Origin: Octopus vulgaris
Taxonomy: Eukaryota
DNA: 64,000 bases
Direction of reading: 5' to 3'
NCBI GenBank assembly: GCA_951406725.2
Contig: OX597814.1
Location: 3,348,001 to 3,412,000, forward strand
Shown here: positions 1 to 12,728 of the stretch, piece after piece
How the letters are laid out: every line of letters starts with the position of its first letter
Numbering within the stretch: position 1 is the stretch's first letter
The notes under the pieces: model-generated
Databases searched by the model: none
What the model was told of the DNA's origin: nothing
What the model saw: only the letters and a program-made list of their open reading frames with translations
Translations under genes and position numbers: made by a program

Positions 1-43
<43 letters not shown>

Positions 44-139
44 TATACACAAACACACAAACACAGAAACACGCACAAGACAGATGCGTTAGAAGCACAC
101 ACAAGCACATGAGTCTGTGGATGTATATGCATATAAGAA

Positions 140-233
140 GTATTCTGCGCGGGAACACAGCGCATCGCCCGATCTAGGAACCGAAACCATAATCTTACGA
201 TCGCGAGAGCAACATCCCGACCGTTAAGCCACA
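140..233 (-). mobile_element. Decayed tRNA-derived SINE head (related to family C)
   Basis: Reverse complement reads tgTGGCTTAACGGtcggg...atGGTTTCGGTTCCtagatcgggcg, with A-box/B-box spacing. It resembles the head at 8014-8090 (ggtttcgattcccagaccgggcg). Confidence 0.55.
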
Positions 234-237
234 AGTG

Positions 238-278
<41 letters not shown>

Positions 279-295
279 AAACTCACACACACACA

Positions 296-297
<2 letters not shown>

Positions 298-347
<50 letters not shown>
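298..347. repeat. (TAC)n microsatellite, resumes at 621-655 after the nested SINE insertion
   Basis: Direct reading. Confidence 0.95.
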
Positions 348-350
<3 letters not shown>

Positions 351-362
351 CCTTTAAGTACC

Positions 363-511
363 TATTTCTTTACTACCCACAAGGGGCTAAACACAGAGGG
401 GAGAAACAAGGACAGACATAGGTATTAAGTCGATTATATCGACCCCAGTGCGTAACTGGTACTTAATTTATCGACCCCGAAAGGATGAAAGGCAAAGTCG
501 ACCTCGGCGGA
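363..511 (-). mobile_element. SINE family B, 5'-truncated, flanked by 15-bp direct repeat catcctttaagtacc (348-362 and 512-526)
   Basis: Reverse complement carries the family core ccgccgaggtcgactttgcctttcatcctttcggggtcgataaattaagtaccag, close variants of which occur at 28570-28630 and 36875-36935. Confidence 0.9.
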
Positions 512-620
512 CATCCTTTAAGTACCAGTTACGCACTGGGGTCGATGTAATCGACTTAATCCGTTTGTCTGTCCTTGTTTGTCCCCTCTGTATTTAGTCC
601 CTTGTGGGAAGTAAAGAAAT
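512..620 (+). mobile_element. SINE family B 3' half (host of the nested insertion)
   Basis: aagtaccagttacgcactggggtcgat...gtgggaagtaaagaaat is the inverted counterpart of 363-465. Confidence 0.9.
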
Positions 621-621
621 T

Positions 622-657
<36 letters not shown>

Positions 658-802
658 CACTAGTAGTAGTAGTAGTACTATAACGATTACAGTTGCTGCT
701 GCTGCTGCTACTATTACTACTACCACAGTAATCTAAGTAGTATTTAAGTGGACGATGTGTTTTCGATGTTCGACATCAGTAAGGGAGAGAGAAGAGGGGG
801 AG

Positions 803-838
<36 letters not shown>

Positions 839-1202
839 GGGAGGGGATGACAGAGAGAAATGAGAGAAGAGAAGGGTGTCAGAGACAGAGTGGGGGTACT
901 ATTAAAGTGCCACAAACGGTAACATAGCGAAGGTGAAGAAAGATTAACTGTGGCAAGTTGTTGTGCTGAGTATGGTAAAATGGTGGCGGAGGTGGGGAGT
1001 AGGTAGTTTTGTTGTGGTGGTGGTAAGGGTGGTGGTGGTGGTGAGGGTGATGGCGGTAACGGAAGAGTAGATTTGGTTTTTGAAAACCCTTGTCGAAATA
1101 TATAAGTCTGTATGCACGGGAGTGCGTGCGTCATTTTGTATATTTTGAGAGCAAGCATCTCCGTATGAAATCCTGCGTTGAATAATAGTGCGCGTGCGCG
1201 TG

Positions 1203-1249
<47 letters not shown>

Positions 1250-1579
1250 TCGTGTGTGTGTGTGTGTATGTTTCGTTTTTCTATATGTGTATATGTGTTT
1301 CATATATGTATATATAAATATATATATATACATATATATATATATATGCATATATACATATATATATGCATATATATATATATATGCATATATATATATG
1401 CATATATATATGCATATTTATATATATATATGCGCATTCATATATGTGTGGGGGTGTCTGTGAGTGCATGTGACTTTGCATTTCCCTATTTTTATTAATC
1501 ACTATTCTTTCTACAAAGAGGGACCTAGTTTCCAACAAGCAAAAACTCATTGCAGTTGGGACAACAACTACAATAAGTG

Positions 1580-1617
<38 letters not shown>

Positions 1618-1864
1618 AACTTTAAGAAAGTTTTATATATTGTTACTGTTCCACTTACAGATTATATCTGTAATGTACGTGTTCGCTGGTCTCTTTCTTT
1701 GCTTGAAAATCCTTATCCACATTATGTCTTAGGCATTTTTGGGTATAAATAGGTATTTATAATCAGGTAAAAGGAGCTTGTTTCGAAGTAGTTTCCCATA
1801 AATATTGTCTGTCTCATTGATTTTGAAACATGGCCATCGCAAACTGAATGAAAAGCAGTCACGA

Positions 1865-2790
1865 ATATGAATATGACTAGGTTAAACGAAATAATATATG
1901 AAGCAAACACTACAAAATGGCTACACGTTCATATTTTTTCCTCTAGAAACATCGAATCCGAACAAATATGCAGAAAACGGGAGAAAATAAGAGAAAATTT
2001 CTCCCAAACGCTTTGTGAAATGAATAAAGATATGATACAATCGAAAAAGATAAGCTGAAATATGTCATGACACCCAAAAAAGAAAAGTGGGGGTTTCCGA
2101 AATCAAAGAACGCCTGAAGCAGAAGATTGTGACTAAATCCTAAATAGCGTTGGTATATCAATAGTAACTATTCTTTAAAAAAAAAACAAAAAAAACTATC
2201 AATTAAACTCCAGTCTAAAAGGATTTTATGAAGTCGTTAGTATAAAATCACTGTAACACCAACAGCAAGACATGTAGAAAATTATAGGAGCGGAGTACGT
2301 TCTGCCAAAGAATCGCTTCAAAAGAGATTATTCAAATCAACGGACAGCGAATATTAGCGTGAAACCATGAAGAGAAGTAACCGAGAGGCTTGAAAGAAAA
2401 AAATTAAAAGCCAGTGGATTTCCAAGGTATAAGATTACAAACCTCTGATTAAAATATTAAAGTCGTAAAAATTATTAACAATAACTGACAGGATCAGAAA
2501 AAGGGAAACCATCTTAAAACCCAAAATAAAGGGGAACACTCATGACATGTCTTCCAACAATCTACAAAACCTTCATAGAACACATTTTGCAGAGGGTCAA
2601 AAAATGCCCTAAAAATTGTTTTCCAGAAGAGCATAAGAGATAGAAGGGAGGCTCTTCTATGGCTTGCAGCATCTTATGGTTGATCCGCAAGAATACAAGC
2701 AAGTAGGTGTGAACATGGTATGGCTTGCCTACCAGAAAGAGCCAGACAGCTTTTGCTACACGTGTATCTTGAAATCGTTAGAATTAAGGT
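1865..2790 (+). mobile_element. Decayed non-LTR retrotransposon reverse transcriptase relic, R4/Dong-like
   Basis: Manual translation across frameshifts gives KITNL*LK, ETILKPK, MTCLPTIYKTF...FPEEHKR*KGGS, YGLQHLMVD...VNMVWLAYQKEPDSFCYTCILKSLEL. This is collinear with the R4-clade pattern ITCLPTxYK...PxEQKG..GS.GC..QLxID...AWIDYxKAFDSVPHxWI. Stops and frameshifts are present. Confidence 0.75.
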
Positions 2791-3119
2791 AGATGAGGAC
2801 AAAAATAAAGTGAGAAATTCAAGTCATGTCGTCATGAATAAATTGTAAACGGTTTTGTAAGGACAGAGAAAAGCAGAAACTCTAACAGATAGCTCCATCT
2901 CGGTTAGAAGACGATTGTTGCAAGAGATCCTCCTCGCGCGCGCTCTCTCGCCTCGTTCGCTCTCATTCTCGTTTTCTCGCGCGCTCTCAGCTACTTTCGC
3001 GTCTGGCACTAACACCTCCAGTCAACATGTTAAACTGAATCAGAAGCGAACATAAGTGCCATGGTTGGATACTCATCCCATTTTATACATGGACTAACTC
3101 AACTCACACACACACACCA

Positions 3120-3273
3120 GTCCTTCAATTCTTAAAGCGTCAAGGTGGAATGCTTCGCGGGTAAAGAAAAATTGAAACACATTCATAAGGCCTCATCGTT
3201 ATTGCGGGACCCATTATCAACGCATAATTTCTTATCTGTATCGCTTAAATAATTGTAGCAATCACTGCACTCA

Positions 3274-3335
<62 letters not shown>

Positions 3336-3377
3336 TCCTTCAATTCTTAAAGCGTCAAGGTGGAATGCTTCGCGGGT
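3120..3377 (+). repeat. Local duplication: 43-bp direct repeat (3120-3162, 3335-3377) enclosing a ~97-bp segment shared with 7917-8013 and a (CA)n run
   Basis: gtccttcaattcttaaagcgtcaaggtggaatgcttcgcgggt occurs twice. gaaaaattgaaacac...aattgtagcaat occurs at 3166-3262 and 7917-8013. Confidence 0.9.
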
Positions 3378-3649
3378 TTCCTTCTTTTGATTTGCTGAGG
3401 TGAAAAATTAAATCGGTTGCCTGCTCTAACAACACACCTTGGCCCTTGGCTGACTTTAGTGAAGTTCGCGTTGATGCAAACATTCAGGCCAAATTTCCTA
3501 TTTTGGGGATAGTGTCCCATTTTGTTCACAAAAGCCTTGGAAACCCCTCGAAAAAATTATCATGCGCAATCTCTATCCCCACCTCATAACACGGTGGTAA
3601 CATTCTGAGGACCTATTTCTGCATTGGTTATAACCAGCAATGAAGTAGA

Positions 3650-3790
3650 CCGCAATTAATGACTGGTATTTTAGTTTAGCAATCCTGGAAGGATAAGAGT
3701 GACGTCACGCTTATTGAATGCTGAACTCAAAACGGTAAAGGATTCTAACTAAATACCACAAGGCATTTTCATTTACCATCTAACGCCCCT
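3650..3790 (-). mobile_element. Old decayed SINE family B copy
   Basis: Degenerate ctggtatt...ggaaggataagag...tgaactcaaaacg...aaataccacaaggcattt matches the reverse complement of the B consensus. Confidence 0.5.
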
Positions 3791-3949
3791 CCCTGTCAAA
3801 GCACAATTTCGCTATTATTTATACTACAAACACCACCAACACTAATAATAAAATAGAAACTGCTAGACAACCGAAGTTGCGGGATACAACTTGATATCAA
3901 ATAATCCGATAGTGGCAGAAAAACAACGGGTTGCTGGGTGAAGTCAAAC

Positions 3950-3951
<2 letters not shown>

Positions 3952-4007
<56 letters not shown>
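3952..4007. repeat. (TAA)n microsatellite, possibly a retroelement tail
   Basis: Direct reading. Confidence 0.9.
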
Positions 4008-4008
<1 letters not shown>

Positions 4009-4474
4009 TTAAACGTTTGTAAAACGATTTAGTTCGGTGAATAGTTGAATGAATTTTCAAGTGGGTGAGTAATTTAATAAATGTTTATTTGAGAGAGAAT
4101 GAAATTAATAGACAAATTATGATTTAAACCAGCAACACGCATGCACACACACCAGTATATATGTGTATGTGTCTGTGTGGTGTGTGTGTGTGGTGGGGGG
4201 AAGGCTTTCCCTTAGGCATATTTCCTTAAATACACGACTAGGTTCAAGTTCTTTATTTTACATTTTTCATATTTTCTTAATGGCGTTTTGCTGCCAATTT
4301 GGAACAAAAGTAGATTTCCTAAATCCATATCCGAAGTTTCTAGAACTTCGCAGTCTCATTTTAAAGAATTTATGCTTAAATATATATGACGTTGGCGTTG
4401 ATGCCTATGTATTCACTGAATTCGTGTACATATACATACGTGTGGGCGCGCGATCGTGTGTGTGTATGTGTGTA

Positions 4475-4521
<47 letters not shown>

Positions 4522-4952
4522 ACCTGCGTTTATTTTAATTGATTCATCCATGGTAAATTCAACAACAAACTAATTTATTTATTCAACATGTACTAATGAC
4601 ATTGTAAAGTTTATTTATTCTTCTTTATGTCAAGTTATTTATGACACACGCAAACTCACAGGTAGGTGCTCACATCTACAACCCTGTGTGTATTATATAT
4701 TTATGTCTCTCTCCTCTCTTTCTGTCAGTTTGGGTAGGGTTGCAGGTGTATACATAAGGAACAGCTGATTTCAAATAAAGTATGCTTCTGTATGTTTGTG
4801 TGTATGACTGTATGTACATACATTATATATATAAAACATATACATATATACATATATATAGATACATATATACATATTTATATATACATACATATATGAA
4901 TAAATATATATGAACATATATATAAATAAATATATATACATGCATATACATA

Positions 4953-4995
<43 letters not shown>

Positions 4996-5122
4996 GTATA
5001 TATATGTGTGTAACTATACATGTGCATAAATACATATACATATATGTATGAATATATATATATGTATCACATATGAATGTATGCTAATATTTATATACGT
5101 ACATACACACACATATATATAT

Positions 5123-5198
<76 letters not shown>

Positions 5199-5662
5199 GT
5201 ACATATAAGTACAATCACACCCATACATCAATCCTATAGTCGATGAGAGCCTCATAGCAAAACATATTTTCCATCATCATCATCATCATCATTATTATTA
5301 TTATTATTATTTTTATTTTTATTATTATTCCCTATATATTATTAATGAAATCATCGTCTATAAAACTAATCTAGAATATAATCTCAAACATTTTATTCCT
5401 TTAATCTTCTATTCTACAAACTGACGTTGCTAAACCCCTATATTTTACATCTCTTTCACATCTCCCACCGCCACCACCACCACCTTCGCGAACAATGGTT
5501 CCAGTGAAGAAGAAACAGAGGAAAAACATAGCAAAAACTTGGTAATTTACTGCCATCCAAGAGAAATTCTTCTTCTTTACATTATTTTGCCTTCAATCTC
5601 AGCTGTATTCTATTTTTCTCCTTATAATTGCACATTTATACATATACGTACAAATACATACG

Positions 5663-5714
<52 letters not shown>

Positions 5715-5782
5715 AATATATATTATATATGTATATGTATATTTATACATATATACATACATATATATATATATATACATAC

Positions 5783-5842
<60 letters not shown>

Positions 5843-6098
5843 ATATACAAACATACAAATATATATATATATATATATATGCATATATACGTTCTGGGTT
5901 TTTTGTGGGGGATTTTTTTCTTTTTTTGCTATCAGAAATAACATAGCTTAAGATGATAAAATTATGTGATGAAATCTGGGTGTACATAGCGGTTATTTAT
6001 GGGTGTAAGTTTCGTTTGGTCTCGTATTGAGTTTATATGCATCTACAAACATATATACATACATATATGAATGTATGTATATATTTCCGTATATACAT

Positions 6099-6159
<61 letters not shown>

Positions 6160-6211
6160 AACATGTATACATGCATGCAAAAACACAGACAAACATATAT
6201 ACGAATGTGCT

Positions 6212-6445
6212 TTATCTTATACTTGTTTCAGTCTGTGAACAACGGCCAAGCTGGGGCACTGCTTTAAGAAGTTGCTTTAAGAACACATATCGTCCCAGTA
6301 CTTATTTTTTAAAGTTTAGCACTTTATACATCGGCCTCTTTTCCTGAGCTACTAAGCTACAAGGATGTAAATAAACTAGCACCGGTCGTCAAGCGGAGGT
6401 GGACGTCACAAACCTAGACAAACACCCAAACACAACTATATCGAA

Positions 6446-6487
<42 letters not shown>

Positions 6488-6492
6488 GTATG

Positions 6493-6543
<51 letters not shown>

Positions 6544-6679
6544 GAGTGCGCGCGCGCGCGTGTGTGTTTATGCTATAGACCAGGGCTATAGTAGAAGACA
6601 CGTGCCCAATGTGACGTGCTGCGGAACTGAACTTGAAACCATGTGGTAAGGAAGCAAACGTCTTACCAGATAGCCACAT
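6212..6679 (-). mobile_element. SINE family A, diverged, with internal microsatellite expansion
   Basis: Tail cttgtttcagtc...gctggggcac, body, internal (TA)n, and head gctatagtagaagacac...gaaaccatgtgg...cttacc..agccac. Confidence 0.8.
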
Positions 6680-7047
6680 GTGTGTATGTGTGTGTGTGTG
6701 TGTATGTAGTGTGTGTGTGTGTGTGTGTTGTATGTAGTGTGTGTGTGTGTGTGTATGTGTGTATGTGTCGTAATGTAAGAATTTTAAAGAATATCCCAAA
6801 ATTTCTTTTGCATTGTAAGGGCAAATCTTATCTGGTAGAGAACTCAATACGTTGAGTAGAGTGGAGAGACGTGTTTATTAGATCAAGTCCTGGCTGTCTC
6901 TCTGTCCAAATTAAAGTTGGAGTGGAAAGGATGTTGGCATTAATGGTTCGTTGTTCACTTTTGAAATACTTGTGTGTGAGTGTGTTCAAATGGAATTAAA
7001 TTTCATATAGAAATCGTTATGATTTGAAATCAGTCATAATGGTTTAC

Positions 7048-7107
<60 letters not shown>

Positions 7108-7196
7108 TGTATGTATATATATACATATATGTATCACACGGATACATACCTTCATATATATATATATGTATATATATGTATGTCAATATATATATA

Positions 7197-7243
<47 letters not shown>

Positions 7244-7340
7244 ATTCACTTATACGTATGTATGTATATGGATATGTGTGTATGTGTGTGTTTATAGAGT
7301 GTTTGAAGTGGTTTTATATATAAAAAAAGGGGTAGTCGGG

Positions 7341-7462
<122 letters not shown>

Positions 7463-7497
7463 ATATGTATATAAATATATATGTATATATATATATG

Positions 7498-7529
<32 letters not shown>

Positions 7530-8013
7530 CATATTTTTTATCAATATTAAACAGAATGCTCTCTCAATATTGATTTTTACGAAGAAAAACTTGTTAGTAA
7601 CTTCGAAGTTTACACTTGATACTAAAAAAGTCGAAACTTCCAAGACACTGTCAATTTTTTTCTTGTAGAAATCAATGATTTTTGTGGGGGGTTTTTTGGG
7701 TTTTTTTTTTTTTTGCTATATATAGAACACTGAGCGTTGAACACTAAACTTCCCGCTTTTGTTTCTATCGTGCGTTCAATTCCCAACTGGATCCATATTC
7801 CCATCCATCCCCGGTTGAATAAACACTAGGGTAGCTGTAATTTACTATATTGCAGTTAGCGTTGCTCCATCAAGGCCGCACTTCAGTGAGTGAAGCCAGT
7901 AACTGGGCTGAGACCTGAAAAATTGAAACACTTTCATAAGGTCTCATCGTTATTGCGGGACCCATTATCAACGCATAATTTCTTGTCTGTATCGCTTAAA
8001 TAATTGTAGCAAT

Positions 8014-8229
8014 GGAGGCGCAATGGCCCAGTGGTTAGGGCAGCGGACTTGCGGTCGGAGGATCGCGGTTTCGATTCCCAGACCGGGCGTTGTGTGTGTT
8101 TATTGAGCGAAAACACCTAAAAGCTCCACGAGGCTCCGGCAGGGGGTGGTGGTGATCCCTGCTGTACTCTTTCACCACTCTAAAGGCGGTGCTCCAGCAT
8201 GGCCGCAGTCAAATGACTGAAACAAGTAC

Positions 8230-8257
<28 letters not shown>
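8014..8257 (+). mobile_element. Chimeric SINE: family-C tRNA-like head and body (8014-8180) fused to the family-A 3' tail (8181-8229), plus poly(A)
   Basis: A-box TGGCCCAGTGG and B-box GGTTTCGATTCCC are present. taaaggcggtgctccagcatggccgcagtcaaatgactgaaacaagta matches the family-A tail. There is an A-run at 8230-8257, and AAT flanks both sides. Confidence 0.85.
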
Positions 8258-8260
<3 letters not shown>

Positions 8261-8292
8261 CAGCACTCACACACACACACACACACACACAC

Positions 8293-8822
8293 TTATGTGC
8301 GCGTAATTCAATGCCAACTTTGGAATTCTTCACAGTCTCCTGCTCTGTCGGATTCTCAGGAATCGGTTTATCCATAGATTCGCAGCGGTCGGACGTTAAA
8401 CGCAGATGGTGAAATATATATTGCGTCTGCTTACAAATCTCTCTCTATACAAAGCTGAGGTTGTCTGTGTGTGGCAAGTTTGGTAGCCTTCACCTAAAAC
8501 TATCTCCTCTGAAACCCTGCGGCGCAAGTTGACCAAAATTGAGAGTATGATAGAAGAAGGCTTGCTCTTCCTTCCGTAGAAGAAAAAATTCAAATCGGAC
8601 CATGTTAACACCAAAAATTATTTACATCAAAAAGTTGCTTCTTTTCCATGAAAATCCATAGGGGTTATACGATTGTTTGACTGCTGTGTCGCCATTTGTC
8701 GGTGTATTTCAACCAGAAAAATGTTCAATTAAAAGGAATAACAAGCTACATAATGCAAAAGTTTTACTTTTCAAAAATTCCAATTCTAAAGGGTCGAAAC
8801 AAACCCGAGCGATACCGCTAGT
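8293..8822. mobile_element. Possible non-autonomous Helitron/Helentron-like element segment
   Basis: Ends in a GC-rich stretch then CTAG|T (aaacccgagcgataccgctagt) and lies next to a (CA)n run. The hairpin is incomplete, so this is an inference. Confidence 0.35.
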
Positions 8823-8861
8823 AAATAGATATATCTATATATAATTATTTCAAATTTTATT

Positions 8862-9000
8862 ATACCTATTTTATCGACCCCGAAATAATAAGAGGCATTG
8901 TCGATCTCGGTGGAATTTGAACTCATTCACAGTGACGGGCGAAATACTTCTAAGTATCTCGTGCAGCGTGCTTAACGATTCATCCAAGCTCGCCGTCTTA
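8862..9000 (-). mobile_element. SINE family B 5' part
   Basis: ttatcgaccccgaaa...gtcgatctcggtggaatttgaactca...gggcgaaatac...aacgattc..ccaagctcgccgtctta. Confidence 0.8.
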
Positions 9001-9253
9001 ATCCATCTTTACATAATATACATATAAATATGATTGAGATAAAATATGTATAAAGTCCGATATAATTGATACATAGTCACACACCTATCTAATACATACA
9101 CAGACATTCCGATGTAAATATAGATACACATTACGCATAGTAAATGTATATATTTATAGTGTATATATAAATATGTAAAAATATACACTTGAATATATAT
9201 CTATATGCACACACATATCTATATCTATCTATCTATCTATCTATCTATCTCTT

Positions 9254-9339
<86 letters not shown>

Positions 9340-9627
9340 CACCAATATTATTATACAACTGTATATATATATACATAAATATATATGTATATATATATAT
9401 ACATAAATATATATGTATATATATATACATAACAATATTATTATACATATGTATAAATATTATTTGATATATATATATATATATGTATATATATACATAC
9501 CACATACAGATAATATTATAAATATAAATATCATTTTATATATATGTATTTATGCATGTATACTAATATTATCATACATATATATAAATATCATTTTATA
9601 TGTATATATATTTTATATATATATATT

Positions 9628-9682
<55 letters not shown>

Positions 9683-10249
9683 GTATGCACTCACATACCA
9701 ACATATAAACTACACGCACACATTAGCCATTGATATAAATAAGACATTTCACATAAAATCCTAACAATTTTCTTAAATCTTCGTTCTTCTTGAATATCTC
9801 CACCGCCACATCATACCTAATCTACCCCCTAATCGAACCCCTCTCCATGTGGATTCAATGTCTGATGTCCTTGGATTAAAGGGACTGGCAGGGAGAGGAC
9901 AGTGTGTGTAAAGTCTTTCATGAAATAAATAATTGTTCGGTATTAAGGAGAATTAGTGTGGCGGGGGGTGGGTGGGCCGTGTGCTTCAGAATCGGATGCA
10001 ATCCTGGCGATCTTTGCAGATTACGGCTCTGTCAAATATACGCTGTAATTCTGGATATCTGTGAATCTGTCATGGTTAATGTGACTAGGCTGGGAGACAG
10101 AGAGAGAGAGAGAGAGGGATGGGAAGAGGGAGAGAAGGAGGGACAAACAGTGAGACAGACAGACAGACAAACACAGACAGACAGACAGATAGGCAAATAG
10201 ATGGATACATATTTCTCTATGTATATACACATAGCTATGTATATATGCA

Positions 10250-10303
<54 letters not shown>

Positions 10304-10499
10304 TATATATATGCATATATATGTATACTTGCATACATATATATATATATATATACATGCATATATACATATATAGGCATATATACATGCATATATATAT
10401 GCATATATACATGCATATATACATATATATATGCATATATATACGCATATATATATATGCATATATATATACGCATATATATATATATGCATATATATA

Positions 10500-10635
10500 T
10501 ATATATGCATATAATACATATATATATGCATATAATACATACATATATGCATATAATACATACATATATGCATATAATACATATATATGCATATAATACA
10601 TATATATATGCATATAATACATATATATATGCATA
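10500..10635. repeat. Minisatellite of ~20-22-bp units (atatatgcatataatacat...) within (TA)n
   Basis: gcatataatacat recurs six times. Confidence 0.85.
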
Positions 10636-10639
10636 TATA

Positions 10640-10728
<89 letters not shown>

Positions 10729-10805
10729 GTACACGCATATGTATGTATCGATATATGTATTTGCGTTGTCATTTGTGCATCCGATATTTCGCTTTTATTG
10801 ATTCA

Positions 10806-11579
10806 ATCATTGGAGTCCGGCCATGTTGGAGCACTCTTTAAGCGGTCAAATCATCAGTACTGATTTTCGCTAAGTTGTACGGGCGGAAACCGACATATAT
10901 ATGCATGTATGTATGTATGTATGTATGTATGTATGTATGTATGTATGTATGTATGTATGTATGTATGTATGTATGTATGTCTAGCAGGCTCTGCACGGCT
11001 TCGGTGAAATAAATTCTGTTTTCGAGTTATTGGTGAGGAAAAAACAGAAATAAATCGAAATGTGAGAGAAACTTCTTGCCCAGATTGCCGCGCAGTATGA
11101 CGACACCCAAAACCACGTGGTTGAAAATGTACTTGTATTCATGTAGGTACGGGTGCATGTAGAGAGAAAGAGAAAGAGAGAGAGAAAGAGAGTGGTTTCG
11201 GAGAAAACAAAGGAAAACATTTTTTAAATGTTTGGAGGGAAATGGAGAGATAAATGTGACTAATACTATGTTGAAGCATCAGATTATCTACCTATCTACC
11301 TTAATCGCTCTCTCACGCACTCAATCTCTCTTCACACACACACACACACACATGTAAACTTAAGATTATAAGAGTCAATGAGTCTGCTCTTAGTTCATCT
11401 TATTCATTATATTGCGACTATATGGCATGTATATAAATGTGTGTGTGTAGACACATGTAAACTCACACACACGCACATGCATATATGCATATATATATAT
11501 ATATATATATATATACTAGCGAAAATCACTACTGATGATTTGACCGCTTAAAGAGTGCTCCAACATGGCCGGACTCCAA

Positions 11580-11583
<4 letters not shown>
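10806..11583. repeat. 67-bp inverted repeat (10806-10872 vs 11517-11583), derived from an old family-A tail
   Basis: The arms differ at one position by manual comparison. Confidence 0.9.
10905..10980. repeat. (TATG)n microsatellite
   Basis: Direct reading. Confidence 0.95.
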
Positions 11584-11618
<35 letters not shown>

Positions 11619-11619
<1 letters not shown>

Positions 11620-11842
11620 ACTCTTTTACTCTTTTCTCTTTTACTTGTTTCAGTCATTTGACTGCGGCCATGCTGGAGCACCGCCTTCAGTCGAGCAAAT
11701 CGACCCCGGGACTTATTCTTTGTAAGCCCAGTACTTATGTTATCGATCTCTTTTGCCGAACCGCTAAGTGACAGGGACGTAAACACACCAGCATCGGCTT
11801 TCAAGCAATGCTAGGGAGACATACACAGACACACAAACACAT

Positions 11843-11921
<79 letters not shown>

Positions 11922-11984
11922 CACATATACGACAGGCTTCTTTCAGTTTCCGCCTACCAAATCCACTCACAAGGCATTGGTCGA
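11619..11984 (-). mobile_element. SINE family A, lacking the tRNA head
   Basis: Near-consensus tail and body (cttgtttcagtcatttgactgcggccatgctggagcaccgcc...), internal CA/TA run, and cttctttcagtttccgcctaccaaatccactcacaagg. Confidence 0.9.
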
Positions 11985-12140
11985 AGTATGTATATATGCA
12001 TAAATCACAGAGTGAGACATCTATTTTATTTTATTAATGGACAGAAGTTACTCACTTAATTATCAAAGTACCAACACACGAAACTCGCGGCTCTTGAGCC
12101 ACTCTGCAACTTCTGTTTATTATTATTATTATTATATACA

Positions 12141-12514
12141 TTCTTTTATTTGTTTGACTCGTTTTATTGTTGCCATGCTAGAGCGAGCACCGCCTTTCAG
12201 TCGAACAAATCGACCCCTGGCCTTATTCTTTGTAAGCCTAGTGCTTATACTATCGGTCACTTCTGCCGAACCGCTATGTTACAGGAACGTAAACACGCCA
12301 ACATCGGTTGTCAAGCGATGATGCAGAGGGGAGACAAATGGAGACACAAACAAATATATATGACGGGCTTCTTTCAGTTTTTATCTACCAAATCCTCTCA
12401 CAAGGCTTTAGTCGGCCCATGGTTATAGTAGAAGACACTTGCCCAAGGTGCCATGCAGTGGGACTGAACCCGGAACCATATGGTTAGGAAGCAAGTCTCT
12501 TACCACACAGCCAC
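12141..12514 (-). mobile_element. SINE family A, near full length (tRNA head plus CORE-like segment)
   Basis: Head reverse complement has TGGCTGTGTGG (A box) and GGTTCAGTCCC (B box), followed by caccttgggcaagtg, which resembles the CORE-SINE motif ccttgggcaag. Confidence 0.9.
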
Positions 12515-12525
12515 CCAGTCTATAC

Positions 12526-12614
<89 letters not shown>

Positions 12615-12685
12615 TCGTGTATTTATTTATTTATATATATACGTGTATTTATATATCCGTGTATTTATTTCTATAAGGGTTTATA

Positions 12686-12728
<43 letters not shown>

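Noticed and set aside
5238-5270. cgatgagagc...gcaaaac hammerhead-like trace
   Set aside because: Both core halves are mutated and there are no supporting stems.
8014-8090. tRNA gene-like sequence (also the heads of families A and B)
   Set aside because: A/B boxes are present, but there is no convincing acceptor stem or terminator and each continues into a SINE body.
10500-10635. Repeat-spacer-like arrays (also 29465-29625 and 60135-60316) as CRISPR
   Set aside because: The context is eukaryotic, the spacers are microsatellite, and there are no cas genes. Slippage duplication explains them.
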